Assembly (NCBI GenBank): GCA_963737635.1
Contig: CAVTTL010000001.1
Coordinates: 2,048,001 to 2,112,000 of the forward strand
Length of the DNA stretch: 64,000 nucleotides
DNA from: an uncultured Methanoregulaceae archaeon
GTDB lineage: Archaea > Halobacteriota > Methanomicrobia > Methanomicrobiales > Methanospirillaceae
Direction: 5' to 3'
Shown here: positions 40,545-51,857 of the stretch, piece by piece
Position numbering within the stretch: position 1 is the first letter of the stretch
Layout of the letters: every line of letters begins with the position of its first letter
The notes under the pieces: generated by a model
Databases searched by the model: none
The model's input: the letters and a program-made list of their open reading frames with translations, nothing else
What the model was told of the DNA's origin: nothing
Made by a program: the position numbers and the translations under genes

Positions 40545-42636
40545 AGTGAAAAAGGCCCGCAATTCGATGGCAATCCCGGGCCTCTACCAGCGTGCGGTTG
40601 TGGATGCATTCATTAAACTCGACCCGCGGACGCTCATCAATAACCCCGTTATGTTTACCGTGGAAGTCGGCAGTGCGCTCACCACGCTGTTGTACATGCA
40701 GGCTCTCATTGGCCCAGGGGAAGCGCCGGCCGGGTTTATTGGCGCGATCTCCGCATGGCTCTGGTTTACGGTCCTTTTTGCCAACTTTGCTGAAGCACTT
40801 GCCGAAGGCAGGGGCAAAGCACAAGCGGAATCCCTTCGGAAGATGAGGCAGGATACAACCGCAAAAAGGCTGAACAAAAAGTACCAGATAACGAAAGGTA
40901 GCGAGCCGAAAGATAACGATCTTGACCTGGTCTCCTCTTCGGTACTGCATAAGTCTGACCTGTTCTATGTAAAGGCCGGGGACACCATCCCGGTCGACGG
41001 CGAGATCCTCGAGGGTATCGCGTCGATCAACGAGAGTGCCATCACCGGTGAGAGCGCACCGGTTATTCGTGAAGCCGGTGGTGACCGGAGCGCAGTTACC
41101 GGGGGAACGGTCATCCTCTCTGACTGGCTAATTGTCAAAGTAAGCGCAAACCCCGGAGAAGGGTTCCTCGACCACATGATCAGCCTGATCGAAGGGGCAA
41201 AGCGCCAGAAGACGCCAAACGAGATCGCGCTCAACATCCTCCTGATTGGCCTGACTACCGTCTTTATCGTAGTGGCTGCTGCGCTCTATGCATTTTCCGC
41301 GTACAGCGTCCAGGCAGTCGGTGCCGGAACGACGATCTCTATTACGGTCCTTGTGGCACTCTTTGTCTGCCTTGCCCCGACCACCATCGGCGGGCTCCTT
41401 TCTGCCATTGGCATTGCGGGCATGGATCGTCTGATCCAGAGAAACGTAATCACGACATCAGGCAGGGCTATCGAAGCGGCCGGGGATGTGGATGTCCTTC
41501 TGCTCGACAAGACTGGCACCATCACGCTCGGGAACCGGCAGGCAGTCGAATTCCTTCCGGTGGACGGGACCCCCATCGAAGACCTTGCCGGGATCGCGCA
41601 GCTGGCGTCGCTTGCCGATGAAACCCCCGAGGGACGCAGCATTGTAGTCCTCGCAAAAGAGAAGTATGGTCTCCGGGGCAGGACGGTCGGTGGATCGGGC
41701 CCGGATGCCGGCATGCAGTTTATCCCGTTCTCAAGCCAGACCCGGATGAGCGGCGTCGATCATGGTGAACTTCACATACGCAAAGGCGCTGCCGATGTAT
41801 TGTTTAAGTATATCACGGCCAACGAAAATACCGTATCAGATCAACTGAGGGAAACGGTCGATACCATATCGCGGGCTGGCGGCACACCGCTGGTCGTTGC
41901 CCAGAACGGAAAGGCACTCGGTGTTATCCACTTAAAAGATATCGTTAAAGGCGGGATCAAGGAACGCTTTGTCCAACTCAGGAAGATGGGTATCAAGACG
42001 GTCATGATCACCGGGGACAACCGGCTTACCGCTGCGACCATCGCGGCTGAAGCAGGTGTTGATGATTTCCTTGCTGAGGCAACACCGGAAAGCAAATTGA
42101 AATTGATACGGGAATACCAAGCCGGCGGGCGCATGGTCGCGATGACCGGTGACGGGACAAACGATGCCCCTGCACTTGCCCAGGCAGATGTTGCGGTTGC
42201 CATGAATACCGGTACCCAGCCTGCCCGGGAAGCGGCAAACATGATTGATCTTGATTCCAACCCGACCAAACTGATCGAGATTGTGGAGATAGGAAAACAG
42301 CTCCTTATGACCCGGGGTGCACTTACCACATTCTCTATCGCAAACGACATCGCCAAGTACTTCGCTATTATCCCGGTCGCGTTTGCCTCTACGTACCCAT
42401 CACTTTCAGCGCTCAATATTCTCGGTCTCCACGATGGGATCCTTTCTGCGGTGATCTTCAACGCGATTATTATCGTCCTGCTTATACCGCTCGCCCTGAG
42501 AGGGGTAAAATATCGTGCGATGTCAGCGGAAGAGGCATTGCGGAACAATATTCTGATCTTTGGTGTCGGTGGGCTTATCGCCCCCTTTATCGGCATAAAG
42601 ATCATAGATATGTTGCTTGTTTTCCTAGGAGTGTGA
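40537..42636 (+). CDS. kdpB: K+-transporting P-type ATPase subunit B
   Basis: TGES, DKTGT, KGAAD, TGDN and [10 protein letters not shown]. Confidence 0.97.
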   Translation: MSEVKKARNSMAIPGLYQRAVVDAFIKLDPRTLINNPVMFTVEVGSALTTLLYMQALIGPGEAPAGFIGAISAWLWFTVLFANFAEALAEGRGKAQAESLRKMRQDTTAKRLNKKYQITKGSEPKDNDLDLVSSSVLHKSDLFYVKAGDTIPVDGEILEGIASINESAITGESAPVIREAGGDRSAVTGGTVILSDWLIVKVSANPGEGFLDHMISLIEGAKRQKTPNEIALNILLIGLTTVFIVVAAALYAFSAYSVQAVGAGTTISITVLVALFVCLAPTTIGGLLSAIGIAGMDRLIQRNVITTSGRAIEAAGDVDVLLLDKTGTITLGNRQAVEFLPVDGTPIEDLAGIAQLASLADETPEGRSIVVLAKEKYGLRGRTVGGSGPDAGMQFIPFSSQTRMSGVDHGELHIRKGAADVLFKYITANENTVSDQLRETVDTISRAGGTPLVVAQNGKALGVIHLKDIVKGGIKERFVQLRKMGIKTVMITGDNRLTAATIAAEAGVDDFLAEATPESKLKLIREYQAGGRMVAMTGDGTNDAPALAQADVAVAMNTGTQPAREAANMIDLDSNPTKLIEIVEIGKQLLMTRGALTTFSIANDIAKYFAIIPVAFASTYPSLSALNILGLHDGILSAVIFNAIIIVLLIPLALRGVKYRAMSAEEALRNNILIFGVGGLIAPFIGIKIIDMLLVFLGV

Positions 42637-42646
42637 AACCACATCC

Positions 42647-44626
42647 ATGCCGAATCCCACTGAATGCCGCCCGGATCAGCGCCCTAATCCCGATACCCTG
42701 CTTGCCTGTGTCCAGAAAGAAGAGCTGCAGGAAAAGAGCGGCAAACTCAAGATCTTTCTTGGGTATATTGCCGGGGTCGGGAAGACCTACGAGATGCTTA
42801 AGTCAGCGCATCTCAAGAAGGATGAAGGCATCGACGTCAGGATAGGATATATTGAGCCCCACGGGAGGCGCGAAACTGAAGCGCTGATGGACGGGCTCCC
42901 TGTTATCCCCACCCGGACGATCGAGTACCACGGCGTGAAACTTCCTGAGATGGATCTCGACGCAATCCTTGCGGCTCACCCTCAGCTGGTCCTTGTGGAC
43001 GAACTCGCTCACACCAATGTCCCCGGTTCCCGGCACCTGAAACGGTACCAGGACGTCGAAGAGCTGCTCGCCGCAGGGATCGATGTCTACTCCACACTCA
43101 ACGTCCAGCATATCGAGAGCCTCAACGATGTAGTGGCCCGGATTACCGGCGTTATCATGAAAGAGAAGATCCCCGACCGGGTGATCGACGAGGCATCGGA
43201 AATCGAAGTGGTGGATCTTGCACCGCCCGAACTCCTCCAGCGCCTCCGTGAAGGGAAAGTGTACGTGCCGGACATGGCGGCCCGGGCGATCGAGCAGTTC
43301 TTTAATGAGGGTAATCTCTATGCCCTTCGCGAACTTGCATTGCGCCGTGCCGCGGAACGTGTCGATAATCAGATGCTTGCCTATATGCAGACCCGCTCGA
43401 TTCCGGGTCCCTGGGCGGTCGGCGAATACCTGCTTGTCTGCATCGGCCCCGGCCCGCTTGCGGAGCGGCTGATCCGCACCGCCCGCCGGCAGGCAGACCG
43501 GATCAATGCACGCTGGTGCGCCATCTACATTGAGACGCCGACGCATCACCGCCTCTCGCGGGAAGCAAAAGAACAAGTCGACCGGTCGCTCCAGCTTGCG
43601 GAAAAACTGGGAGCGACCACCACAAGCCTGTTCGGGCTCAATGTGGCAAACACGATCCTCGAGTATGCACGGCAGCACAACGTAACCCGGATCATCATCG
43701 GAAAGACCCTGCGCCCCCGGTGGCAGGAATTTGTCTTTGGTTCGGTAGTCGACCAGCTCATCCATAACAGCGGGCCCATCGATGTATACGTGATCAGCAG
43801 TGGCAAGGACCTGCCGGAAAAATCGGAGGATACCGAACCCCTCTTGCCGGCGTCGCCACCGCGGGATTACGTGGACAGCCTGACACTTGTTGTCGCCGTT
43901 ACTATCTTCGGGTGGCTCTTCCATCCCCTCATTTCCCCAGTCAACCAGCTGATGTTTTACCTGCTTGCCGTGGTCGTCATCGCGTTCAAGCGCGGCCTCA
44001 GGCCTGCAATCTTTACTGCAGTCGTAGGGGTGCTTGCATTCGATTTCTTCTTCATTCCTCCCTATCTGACGTTCCGGGGGCTTTCCGATTCCCAGTACCT
44101 GGTGACTTTTCTAGGGATGATCATAGTCGGAACGGTCATCAGCATGCTCGTTACCCGTGCTAAGCGGCACGCTGATGCAGCACAGACTCGCGAGAAGGAG
44201 ACAAGCACCCTCTATGCACTTTCGCAGGATCTTGCTGTGGCCATGGATGCAGCATCGATCATGAGTGCCGTCGGGCAGCACATACGGGAAATTTTCCAGT
44301 GGGAAAGTGTCTTCTTCCTCCCGGAAAACACTCGTCTTGTTGCGTATGCGAAGACGCCGGGGCTTGTCATGGACGGGGACGATCTCGCTGTCGCGACCTG
44401 GGCTTTCCAGCATGGCACGACTGCCGGTTACGACACCGACACCCTGCATGGGTCGAAACTCAGGTATATCCCGCTCCGGAGTTCACAGGGTGTTCTTGGG
44501 ATCATGGGAGTCCAGCCCACCGAGCCAAACGGTGTCATCACGTATGAGCAATCCCGAATCCTGACTGCATTTGCCAACCAGGCGGCGCTCGCGCTTGAAC
44601 GGGTAGACCTGACAAAGGCTCCCTAG
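42647..44626 (+). CDS. kdpD: KdpD sensor lacking HisKA/HATPase domains
   Basis: GYIAGVGKT, VDELAHTN, USP domain, 4 TM (FDFFFIPPY) and GAF; ends at ALALERVDLTKAP*. Confidence 0.9.
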   Translation: MPNPTECRPDQRPNPDTLLACVQKEELQEKSGKLKIFLGYIAGVGKTYEMLKSAHLKKDEGIDVRIGYIEPHGRRETEALMDGLPVIPTRTIEYHGVKLPEMDLDAILAAHPQLVLVDELAHTNVPGSRHLKRYQDVEELLAAGIDVYSTLNVQHIESLNDVVARITGVIMKEKIPDRVIDEASEIEVVDLAPPELLQRLREGKVYVPDMAARAIEQFFNEGNLYALRELALRRAAERVDNQMLAYMQTRSIPGPWAVGEYLLVCIGPGPLAERLIRTARRQADRINARWCAIYIETPTHHRLSREAKEQVDRSLQLAEKLGATTTSLFGLNVANTILEYARQHNVTRIIIGKTLRPRWQEFVFGSVVDQLIHNSGPIDVYVISSGKDLPEKSEDTEPLLPASPPRDYVDSLTLVVAVTIFGWLFHPLISPVNQLMFYLLAVVVIAFKRGLRPAIFTAVVGVLAFDFFFIPPYLTFRGLSDSQYLVTFLGMIIVGTVISMLVTRAKRHADAAQTREKETSTLYALSQDLAVAMDAASIMSAVGQHIREIFQWESVFFLPENTRLVAYAKTPGLVMDGDDLAVATWAFQHGTTAGYDTDTLHGSKLRYIPLRSSQGVLGIMGVQPTEPNGVITYEQSRILTAFANQAALALERVDLTKAP

Positions 44627-44706
44627 GTCTGGATACACTTATTCCGGGGTCAAGAAAACACTCTTTTTTCGGGAAATCCCTGTATTGTTTCGACCGAACA
44701 GGGATT

Positions 44707-44925
44707 TTAGATCATTTCGATCCTGCGCAGCCACAGGCCGATGAGAACATAGGCGATAACCGCACCGGCTACACCGGCAACAAACTCGCCGAGTACGAAA
44801 TAATCGCCGCCCAAAGCTGCCTGCAGAAGGAAAAAGATCAACCGGACGATTCCGTATATCACAAGCGCGATCCCGGCATACAGTACAATAAAAGCAACGG
44901 TGCCGGAAACTACCATTTCATCCAT
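44707..44925 (-). CDS. Small 2-TM membrane protein
   Basis: 72-aa hydrophobic ORF directly downstream of the glycosyltransferase. Confidence 0.65.
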   Translation of the reverse strand: MDEMVVSGTVAFIVLYAGIALVIYGIVRLIFFLLQAALGGDYFVLGEFVAGVAGAVIAYVLIGLWLRRIEMI

Positions 44926-44934
44926 ACATGTGCC

Positions 44935-46022
44935 TCATTCGAGATATCCTGCAAGCAGCTCGTCATAGAGCCTTTTTGTGTTCCCTTCTGTCCTCGGCAT
45001 AGCAGGGAACCCGGGATAATCCGGGGTCGCTGCCACGTCTTCCGCGAGATCCAGACGATCCTGGTTCACTGAAAGGAACCAGCCCTTCTGCTGGTAGTAC
45101 CATGAAAGGTATTCCTGTTCGGTCTGTCCCGGGGTAGGGATCAGAAGAGCCCGGTTTTTTCCCAGCTCGGCAAGTTCCATTAAGGTCGTATACCCGGACC
45201 GGCAGATAACGCACCGGGCCCGGTTCATCAGCTCGGTCTTCTTTTCCGTTGAGACGTAAGGAATACAGATCCAGTCCCCGCGATGTTCAGCAGGTTTGGT
45301 TCCCTGAGGGCTTCCCAGCAATACAACACCCGATCCTTCAAGACTTCCAATCTTCGCGAGGATAATCCTTTCAAGGATGGTCCGCTGTGGTTCCGGCCCG
45401 GAAATAATTACGAGATAATCGAGATCCTGAGTACATGCCATCTGCCGGGTACCGGAGAGGATGCCCGAGAAATACGCGCGCTCGCGCGCCACGTCCGTCT
45501 GCGGCCTGGAGAGTTTTCCGGCAAGGGAGAGGGCCCCGGGGGATTGTCGGGAACGATAATCCGGTTATACTGTTCATGGAGAAACCGGTTTGCCGGGATC
45601 GCGAGCAGCTCTGCCGGCCAGTACAGCAGCGGCAGGTGATAGTGGAGCTGGTGGGAGATAAATATCGAGGGGACGCGTGAAGAATAGACGCCAAGCCGGT
45701 TGTCACTGATAACAAGATCGTACCGGTCTTTAGTAAGGATCGAATCAAGGGTCGCGTGCTCGCGGGCAGCCGCTGTGAGCATGAAAGGCAGGGACGCACA
45801 GAAGCGGGGGACAAAGAGGCGGCCGGAGCTGAACGGGACCGGGTAATCCGGGTACTCGATAAAGGGGGCGTCCGGGAATTCCAGCCTGAGTACCGAAAGT
45901 GCGTTGCCGCACGCGGCAATTGTCACTTCGTGGCCGTGATCCCGGAGGACCCGGATCACCGGGATGTCACGCGTGGCATGACCCAGGCCCCAGTTCAATG
46001 GTGAAACAAGCACGCGTGCCAT
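44935..46022 (-). CDS. GT-B glycosyltransferase (GT28 C-terminal / MJ1255-like), one frameshift (~45532)
   Basis: LNWGLGHATR and ISDNR / SGPEPQR, CRSGYTT and PTPGQTEQEYL. Confidence 0.85.
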
Positions 46023-46133
46023 CAGAAACTTCCTTAAATTATCATTTCACTAATAAAGTATATTGAGATGACGTGCAGGTTGCCGGACAGATCCAAGAAC
46101 TAACATCTTTTACTTCCAGAAATTCTTTTCCGG

Positions 46134-46805
46134 TCAGATCGCAAGCATCCGTTCGTTCTCGCGCAGCCAATGACGATGGCGCTCGTAGTCCGGCATGGCC
46201 TTTTTGACTTTTTCCCAGAAACGATCCGAGTGATCCGGCTGGCGCAGGTGAACCAGCTCGTGGATGATCACATAATCGATCACTTCAGGAGGCGCAAGGA
46301 TAAGACGCCAGCAAAATGAGAGTGTTCCTGTCGAACTGCACGAAGCCCAGCGCCGCCGGGTATCAGAGATCCGGATCTTTTTTGGCACGTAATCGAGGAT
46401 CGCGGCAACACCGGCAACCCGTGCCGGCAGGATCTCTGCCGCCTTTTGTGTATACCATGCCTTGAGAAGGCCGTGACATTCAGGGAGCCGTTCTTCTCCT
46501 ATATACAGCCGGTCCCCAAGGGAGATACCGGCATTACTTCCCTCCAATACCGCAAGCGGATACGATCTCCCCAGAAACAGGAACGCGTCGCCACTGACAA
46601 AGCGCCTTTCGCCCGGGGTCGGCCGGTTCTTCGCCTCGGCTATCTTCTTTTCGATCCACCCCCGCTTCTCCTCGACCAGTTTCATGATCCAGCTATCTGT
46701 TGCCCGCAGCGGGGCACGCACGACAAGTTCCGCAGCGGGTGTGATCTCAAGTGAGAGGGTCCGGCGGCGGGAGCGGACAATCCGGTCGGGTCTGAGGCTG
46801 GTCAT
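46134..46805 (-). CDS. YgjP/DUF45 zinc metalloprotease-like protein
   Basis: RSRRRTL, RWASCS and YVIIHELVHL..DHS..FW. Confidence 0.9.
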   Translation of the reverse strand: MTSLRPDRIVRSRRRTLSLEITPAAELVVRAPLRATDSWIMKLVEEKRGWIEKKIAEAKNRPTPGERRFVSGDAFLFLGRSYPLAVLEGSNAGISLGDRLYIGEERLPECHGLLKAWYTQKAAEILPARVAGVAAILDYVPKKIRISDTRRRWASCSSTGTLSFCWRLILAPPEVIDYVIIHELVHLRQPDHSDRFWEKVKKAMPDYERHRHWLRENERMLAI

Positions 46806-46926
46806 GGCGTACTTCTATGCAGGGTTGGACTTCCTGCATCATGAGGTTTGGTGAGGTATGTCATATCCAAATATTTAAGCGAACCCTTATCGAAGCACAT
46901 TCCTGTTACAAAAGGAGGAAAGTAAA

Positions 46927-47538
46927 ATGACCGCAAATGCACCAAAAGGTTGCCTCGACTTGCTGTCTGATAAGAACAGCATGCTCGTGCTCGTCGACTA
47001 CCAGTCAACGATGTTTAAAGGCGTGGCGTCAGGAGATAAAACGATCATCAGGAATGCTGCATACTGCGCGGCAAAAGCGGCAAGCATCCTTTCGATCCCG
47101 GTGGTTTTATCGACAATCAATCCCGCAAGCAACGGGGAGTTTATGCCGGAGATCACAAAGTTGTTCCCGGGCCAGCAACCGTACTCACGTAAGGTCCTGG
47201 GCTTCGATGCATTTGAAGATGAGAGTACCTGGAATGCGGCAAAGAAGGTCAACAGAAAAAAGATCGTTCTCTCGGGCCTGTGGACAAGCATGTGTTTTGC
47301 GTATACCGCTCTCCATGCCCTCAAAGAAGGGTATGAAGTATACGGGTTGATGGACGCTGCCGGGGACTCCACCCATGACGCCCACAAGTACGGGATCAAA
47401 AGGATGATTCAGGCAGGGGTAATCCCGATTACAGTCGAGTCGCTTGTCTCGGAATGGATGCACGACTGGGGAAATCCGAAAGTTGGGGAGCTCGTAAAAG
47501 AAGTATATTCCCGTTACGGATATATGATCGGGTTTTAA
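46927..47538 (+). CDS. Isochorismatase-family hydrolase (YcaC-like)
   Basis: LVDYQ, GLWTSMC, DAAG and RMIQAG..SEWMHDW. Confidence 0.88.
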   Translation: MTANAPKGCLDLLSDKNSMLVLVDYQSTMFKGVASGDKTIIRNAAYCAAKAASILSIPVVLSTINPASNGEFMPEITKLFPGQQPYSRKVLGFDAFEDESTWNAAKKVNRKKIVLSGLWTSMCFAYTALHALKEGYEVYGLMDAAGDSTHDAHKYGIKRMIQAGVIPITVESLVSEWMHDWGNPKVGELVKEVYSRYGYMIGF

Positions 47539-47561
47539 CAACCCTGTAATCTGCTTTTTTG

Positions 47562-48383
47562 TTACCCGATCTGGAAACATCTCATCGAGATGGATCCATT
47601 CTGGAACCCTTCGTAGATGAACCGGAGGCTCTCACCTTCCTCTTGGAGCGCAAGGGCATAAATCATCGGGAGATAGTGATCGAGAGTCGGGACCGCCCGG
47701 GAAGCAAGGTCACCTCCCGTAGACGGATACGCGATCAGCTCGCGGTGCTTTCCAGCAGCGATCCGGGATCGCATCCATTCATCTGTCTTTACAGCCCACT
47801 CGAACGGTGGTGCGTCCATTTCGGCGTAATCGATAAGGCCGAGGTTGTGCACCATATTCCCGCTGCCGATAACGAGGACTCCCATCTCACGGAGGGCGGA
47901 AAGATTCTTTGAGAGTTCGTAATGGTACTGGACAGACTTCGGGTGCCAGTCGTTCATGGAGTAGTCCAGGCTCATCTCAAAGACCGGAATGTCGGCTGAA
48001 GGGAACATGTGCCTGAGAACAGAATAGGATGCATGGTCAATCCCCCATGAATGGTCGCACGGGATAGTGCCGCCTCCCAGCTCAGTCACGCGTTTTGCAA
48101 ATGAGGGCGCCCCACTGCATTCGTACTGTACCCGGTAAAGCTCTTCGGGGAAGCCGTAAAAATCGTAGATCATCCGGGGCCGGTCAACGCAGGTGACAAA
48201 ACTACCCCGGGTCAGCCAGTGTGCCGATATAACCATGATGGCAGCCGGCCGGGGGAGTGCCGCGCCAATATCAGCCAGGTTTTTGGTGAACCGGTTCGAC
48301 AGTACCATGTTCATCGGTGACCCGTGCCCGATAAAGAGCACGGGCATCTTCTCCTTTCCCGAAGGCTTGCTGTCGGTTTTCAT
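47562..48383 (-). CDS. DODA-type extradiol dioxygenase (YgiD-like)
   Basis: LFIGHGSPM, ISAHW, YDFYGFP, GIDH, GSGNMVHNL and PTLDHYLP. Confidence 0.9.
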   Translation of the reverse strand: MKTDSKPSGKEKMPVLFIGHGSPMNMVLSNRFTKNLADIGAALPRPAAIMVISAHWLTRGSFVTCVDRPRMIYDFYGFPEELYRVQYECSGAPSFAKRVTELGGGTIPCDHSWGIDHASYSVLRHMFPSADIPVFEMSLDYSMNDWHPKSVQYHYELSKNLSALREMGVLVIGSGNMVHNLGLIDYAEMDAPPFEWAVKTDEWMRSRIAAGKHRELIAYPSTGGDLASRAVPTLDHYLPMIYALALQEEGESLRFIYEGFQNGSISMRCFQIG

Positions 48384-48493
48384 CCGGAATTCCTTGGAAT
48401 GAGAAAGGGACGGTCAGATATTTCAGTTTTTTTATGGAGGCACGCTTCGCCATGACATACCTATATTGCATCATCCCGCGAAGATTAGAGCGA

Positions 48494-48856
48494 ATGGCAC
48501 AGGAGCCGGTATTCAGGTACAAACAGTGCCTCATCGTAAGAAACGACGTCAAGATGAGCTGCGGCAAGAAATGCGCCCAGGTAGCGCATGCGTCCATCGG
48601 GGCATTCGAGAACGCCGACAAGACGGTGCGCAAAGCGTGGCAGACTGAGGGGCAGAAAAAAGTGGTGCTCAAAGCGGACAGTGAACGAACCCTTTTTGAA
48701 ATCAAGGTTATTGCCGAACGTGCCGGGATATCCACCTCTCTTATACAGGATGCAGGCATGACCGAGATCCCGCCCGGTACCATTACTGCCCTTGGCCTTG
48801 GACCGGCAAAATCCGAAGACCTCGATAAGATCACCGGATCGCTTTCGCTTTTATGA
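48494..48856 (+). CDS. pth2: Peptidyl-tRNA hydrolase Pth2
   Basis: KQCLIVRND, GKKCAQVAHA, GQKKVVLK and DAGMTEIPPG. Confidence 0.95.
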   Translation: MAQEPVFRYKQCLIVRNDVKMSCGKKCAQVAHASIGAFENADKTVRKAWQTEGQKKVVLKADSERTLFEIKVIAERAGISTSLIQDAGMTEIPPGTITALGLGPAKSEDLDKITGSLSLL

Positions 48857-50124
48857 TGGAGAGTCCGTATGCGCTCGAACGCGAGCTCGGGATGCAGTTC
48901 TATGCCACCGATACCCCGGGCATAGGGGGAACGCTTCGAACGGTGCCGGACGACTTTATCGTTGACGAAATCCCGCTCGAGAAAAAGGGCGACGCATCCG
49001 GCCCCTACCTGATCTGCCGGCTCACCAAATCCAACTGGGAACTCCAGCATGCCGTAAAAGAGATCGCAAAGAGGCTCAATATCAGCCACCGTCGTATCGG
49101 CTGGGCAGGAACAAAGGACAGAAACGCCCGCACCACACAGCTGATCTCGCTCTATAAGATTACACCGGAAGAGATTGCCGCGTTCTACCTCAAAGACATC
49201 ACCTTGGAATCGGTCGGCCAAGCAAACGAACAGCTCTCGCTTGGCGATCTCGCCGGAAACCGGTTTGACATCTGTATCCGGGACGCGGATCCTGATGATC
49301 TCGCGAGCCGGGTCGTCTCGGTGACAGAAACTGCGACGCATGCCCTGCCAAACTATTTCGGGCTCCAGCGCTTCGGTGTCATCCGTCCCTTAACGCACCG
49401 GGTCGGGGAACTGATTCTGCGCGGTGAGTACGAGCAGGCAGTGGCCACCTACGTGGGCCAGGCATTCCCCCTCGAGAGAGAAGATGTCCGGAAGGCGAGG
49501 AAAACCTACTGGGAGACCCGGGATCCGGCGATCGCGCTTCGCGACCTGCCGGTACAGATGTCGTTTGAGCGCTCAATGCTTTCCCACCTCCACGTACAAC
49601 CGGGCGATTATGCCGGGGCACTCCGGCAGCTGCCTCCCAAACTCCTCTCCATGTTTGTCTCGGCATTCCAGTCATACCTTTTCAACCGGGCCCTCTCGCT
49701 CCGGCTCGCGGAGGGTCATACCCTGACCGATCCGGTCCCGGGGGACCGGCTGATCTTCGCAAACGGGCGCACCGACATCGTGACCGCAGCGAACATCCCG
49801 GCCGTTTCCCTCCATCTGGCCCGGGGCAGGTGTACAATCGCACTTTTCATGCCGGGCAGGGATAAACCGGGTGCAGTGACCGAGGATAATGCCACAAGGA
49901 CCATGCTCGCCGATCTCCAGATCACTCCCGAAGACTTCAGCCGTGCGGCGGTGTTTGTCCAGACAAAATTTGACGGTGCATGGCGCCCGATCACTCTCAG
50001 GACCAGCGTCGAAGCCTCTGTTACGGGAACAGATGTGCACCTTACATTTACCCTGCCTCCGGGACATTATGCAACTACGGTCTGCCGGGAATACATGAAA
50101 GCCGATCCAATCCGGATGGTCTGA
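48853..50124 (+). CDS. truD: tRNA pseudouridine(13) synthase
   Basis: DFIVDE, AGTKD, GDLAGNRF, PNYFGLQRFG, AFQSYLFN and LPPGHYAT. Confidence 0.95.
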   Translation: MMESPYALERELGMQFYATDTPGIGGTLRTVPDDFIVDEIPLEKKGDASGPYLICRLTKSNWELQHAVKEIAKRLNISHRRIGWAGTKDRNARTTQLISLYKITPEEIAAFYLKDITLESVGQANEQLSLGDLAGNRFDICIRDADPDDLASRVVSVTETATHALPNYFGLQRFGVIRPLTHRVGELILRGEYEQAVATYVGQAFPLEREDVRKARKTYWETRDPAIALRDLPVQMSFERSMLSHLHVQPGDYAGALRQLPPKLLSMFVSAFQSYLFNRALSLRLAEGHTLTDPVPGDRLIFANGRTDIVTAANIPAVSLHLARGRCTIALFMPGRDKPGAVTEDNATRTMLADLQITPEDFSRAAVFVQTKFDGAWRPITLRTSVEASVTGTDVHLTFTLPPGHYATTVCREYMKADPIRMV

Positions 50125-50221
50125 AACGGTTTTTCTCTAAAAAAGGAACACGTGTTGCATAAATTGCCCGCATTCAGATTAAGAGTCAGCAGGTCAAAAA
50201 AGGAAATGAGATCAGAGACGA

Positions 50222-51025
50222 TTATTTTCGTTCGTCTGCCAGTTGCTGTGCTCCATCGATGGCGTCATTGAGGTTGCCCAGCTTGTCGACCAAGTTGATC
50301 TTCACTGCGTCGGCACCCCGGATCACACGGCCGTCCTGGATATCAGACTTTGAAATCATCCGCTGCGTCGTCACGTCGTTGATAAACTCGTCAAAACTCT
50401 CATTGACGATCTGCTGGGCATAGTCCTGTTCAGCGGGGGAGAGTGCACGGGATGTTGTACCCATATCCTTGAAGGCCCCGGATTTGACGTCCGTGATGTT
50501 GTAGCCTTGCTGGTTCAGCCAGCCACTTACATCCGTGAACGTCCAGATAACACCGACAGCGCCGGTTAACGTGTCAGGATCCGCGTATATCTTGTTTGCA
50601 TGGCAACTTACGTAATACGCAGCAGACGTGGCTATGTCTCCCATGGAGACGACCACCGGTTTCTTGGTCTTTGCATACTCCATATCACCGATGATCTCTT
50701 CAGCAGCTGCAGGCGATCCCCCAGGGCTGTCAACCCGCAGCACGATAGCATCGACAGTCGGGTCGTTAGCAGCATCCCGCAACTGGTCACCGATGTACTC
50801 GCTTCCAACACTATCACCGGTCGAAAAATCACCCGTCGCGAGTGTGCCTTCCATGCGGATAACCTTGACACCGGGATGCTCGTTCTCTGTTAAAAAGTAT
50901 ACAGCAGCAAAAATCCCGATCACAAGGAAAAGACCGACCAGAATGATCAACAACCATTTCAAGCCTTCGCGGTGAGACGGCGGAGGCGGTATACACATTG
51001 CCGGGTATATAGCAGGGATTTCCAT
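50222..51025 (-). CDS. sppA: Signal peptide peptidase SppA (36K type)
   Basis: TM anchor, VDSPGGS, SMGDIATSAAY and KSGAFKD. Confidence 0.9.
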   Translation of the reverse strand: MEIPAIYPAMCIPPPPSHREGLKWLLIILVGLFLVIGIFAAVYFLTENEHPGVKVIRMEGTLATGDFSTGDSVGSEYIGDQLRDAANDPTVDAIVLRVDSPGGSPAAAEEIIGDMEYAKTKKPVVVSMGDIATSAAYYVSCHANKIYADPDTLTGAVGVIWTFTDVSGWLNQQGYNITDVKSGAFKDMGTTSRALSPAEQDYAQQIVNESFDEFINDVTTQRMISKSDIQDGRVIRGADAVKINLVDKLGNLNDAIDGAQQLADERK

Positions 51026-51037
51026 AAAGGTGAACTC

Positions 51038-51718
51038 TCAGGTGTACAGCACGTCAAACTCGGAAACGAGATTACTGCCGCACATATAGTATTTTTTAAG
51101 ATTTAACCGGATCATCTCGTCTTCTTCATTGATATGCATTCCGCCTACAAGAGACGGCGTATCTGATCCGCCCACAATAAACGGGAGATGAATAAGCCGT
51201 ATCTCGTCGACAAGCTTGTCGTGGAGCATATGCCAGTTCAGGGTCGGGCCCCCTTCTATCATCAGCTTCTTTATCCCGAATTCATCATACAGGATCCGCA
51301 TAAGGGTCGGAAGCTCAACATGATCCTTTCCTGCAATAACCACGGTCGCACCCTTTGCCCGTATTGCTGCAATCCGGTCTTCCGGGGCCCGTTCGGACAC
51401 TGCAATAAGGGTCGGCGCATCACGGCCTAGTACATTTGCATCGAGGGGGATGTCAGCCATGCTGCACGGGATGACCCGGAGCGGACTCTTGCCGGGAACG
51501 AGCCTGACCGTAAGGAAGGAGTTGTCGATCCGTATGGTATTTGCACCCACCATGATTGCGTCATAGGCAGCCCGTGTCTCGTGAAGCAGGATCTCGGTCT
51601 CGTGTGCCATGTATTTCATCAGGATCTTGCTGGAAGCGCCTTTTTTTAACGTGAGCTTACCGTCTGCGGTGATCTCGGACATCATTAACACGTGCGGCCG
51701 GGCCGTTGCTGCTGCCAT
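51038..51718 (-). CDS. RibD C-terminal family reductase (archaeal pyrimidine reductase type)
   Basis: RPHV..TADGK, DAIMVGANT and LMIEGGPTLN..LVDEI. Confidence 0.85.
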   Translation of the reverse strand: MAAATARPHVLMMSEITADGKLTLKKGASSKILMKYMAHETEILLHETRAAYDAIMVGANTIRIDNSFLTVRLVPGKSPLRVIPCSMADIPLDANVLGRDAPTLIAVSERAPEDRIAAIRAKGATVVIAGKDHVELPTLMRILYDEFGIKKLMIEGGPTLNWHMLHDKLVDEIRLIHLPFIVGGSDTPSLVGGMHINEEDEMIRLNLKKYYMCGSNLVSEFDVLYT

Positions 51719-51857
51719 TGCAATCAACTCAATTGCTTCATTGGACTCGTGATGTAAATAATATGGTGATTCTCCGCGGTCAATTAAACACCGACAGGTG
51801 ACACAGCCCGGATGAATCCCGTAACTATTAATGGTTCGTATACCTATGATGTGAGTT

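Noticed and set aside
42803-43924. 373-aa minus-strand ORF
   Set aside because: Antisense shadow of kdpD.
48271-49341. 356-aa minus-strand ORF
   Set aside because: Antisense to pth2/truD.
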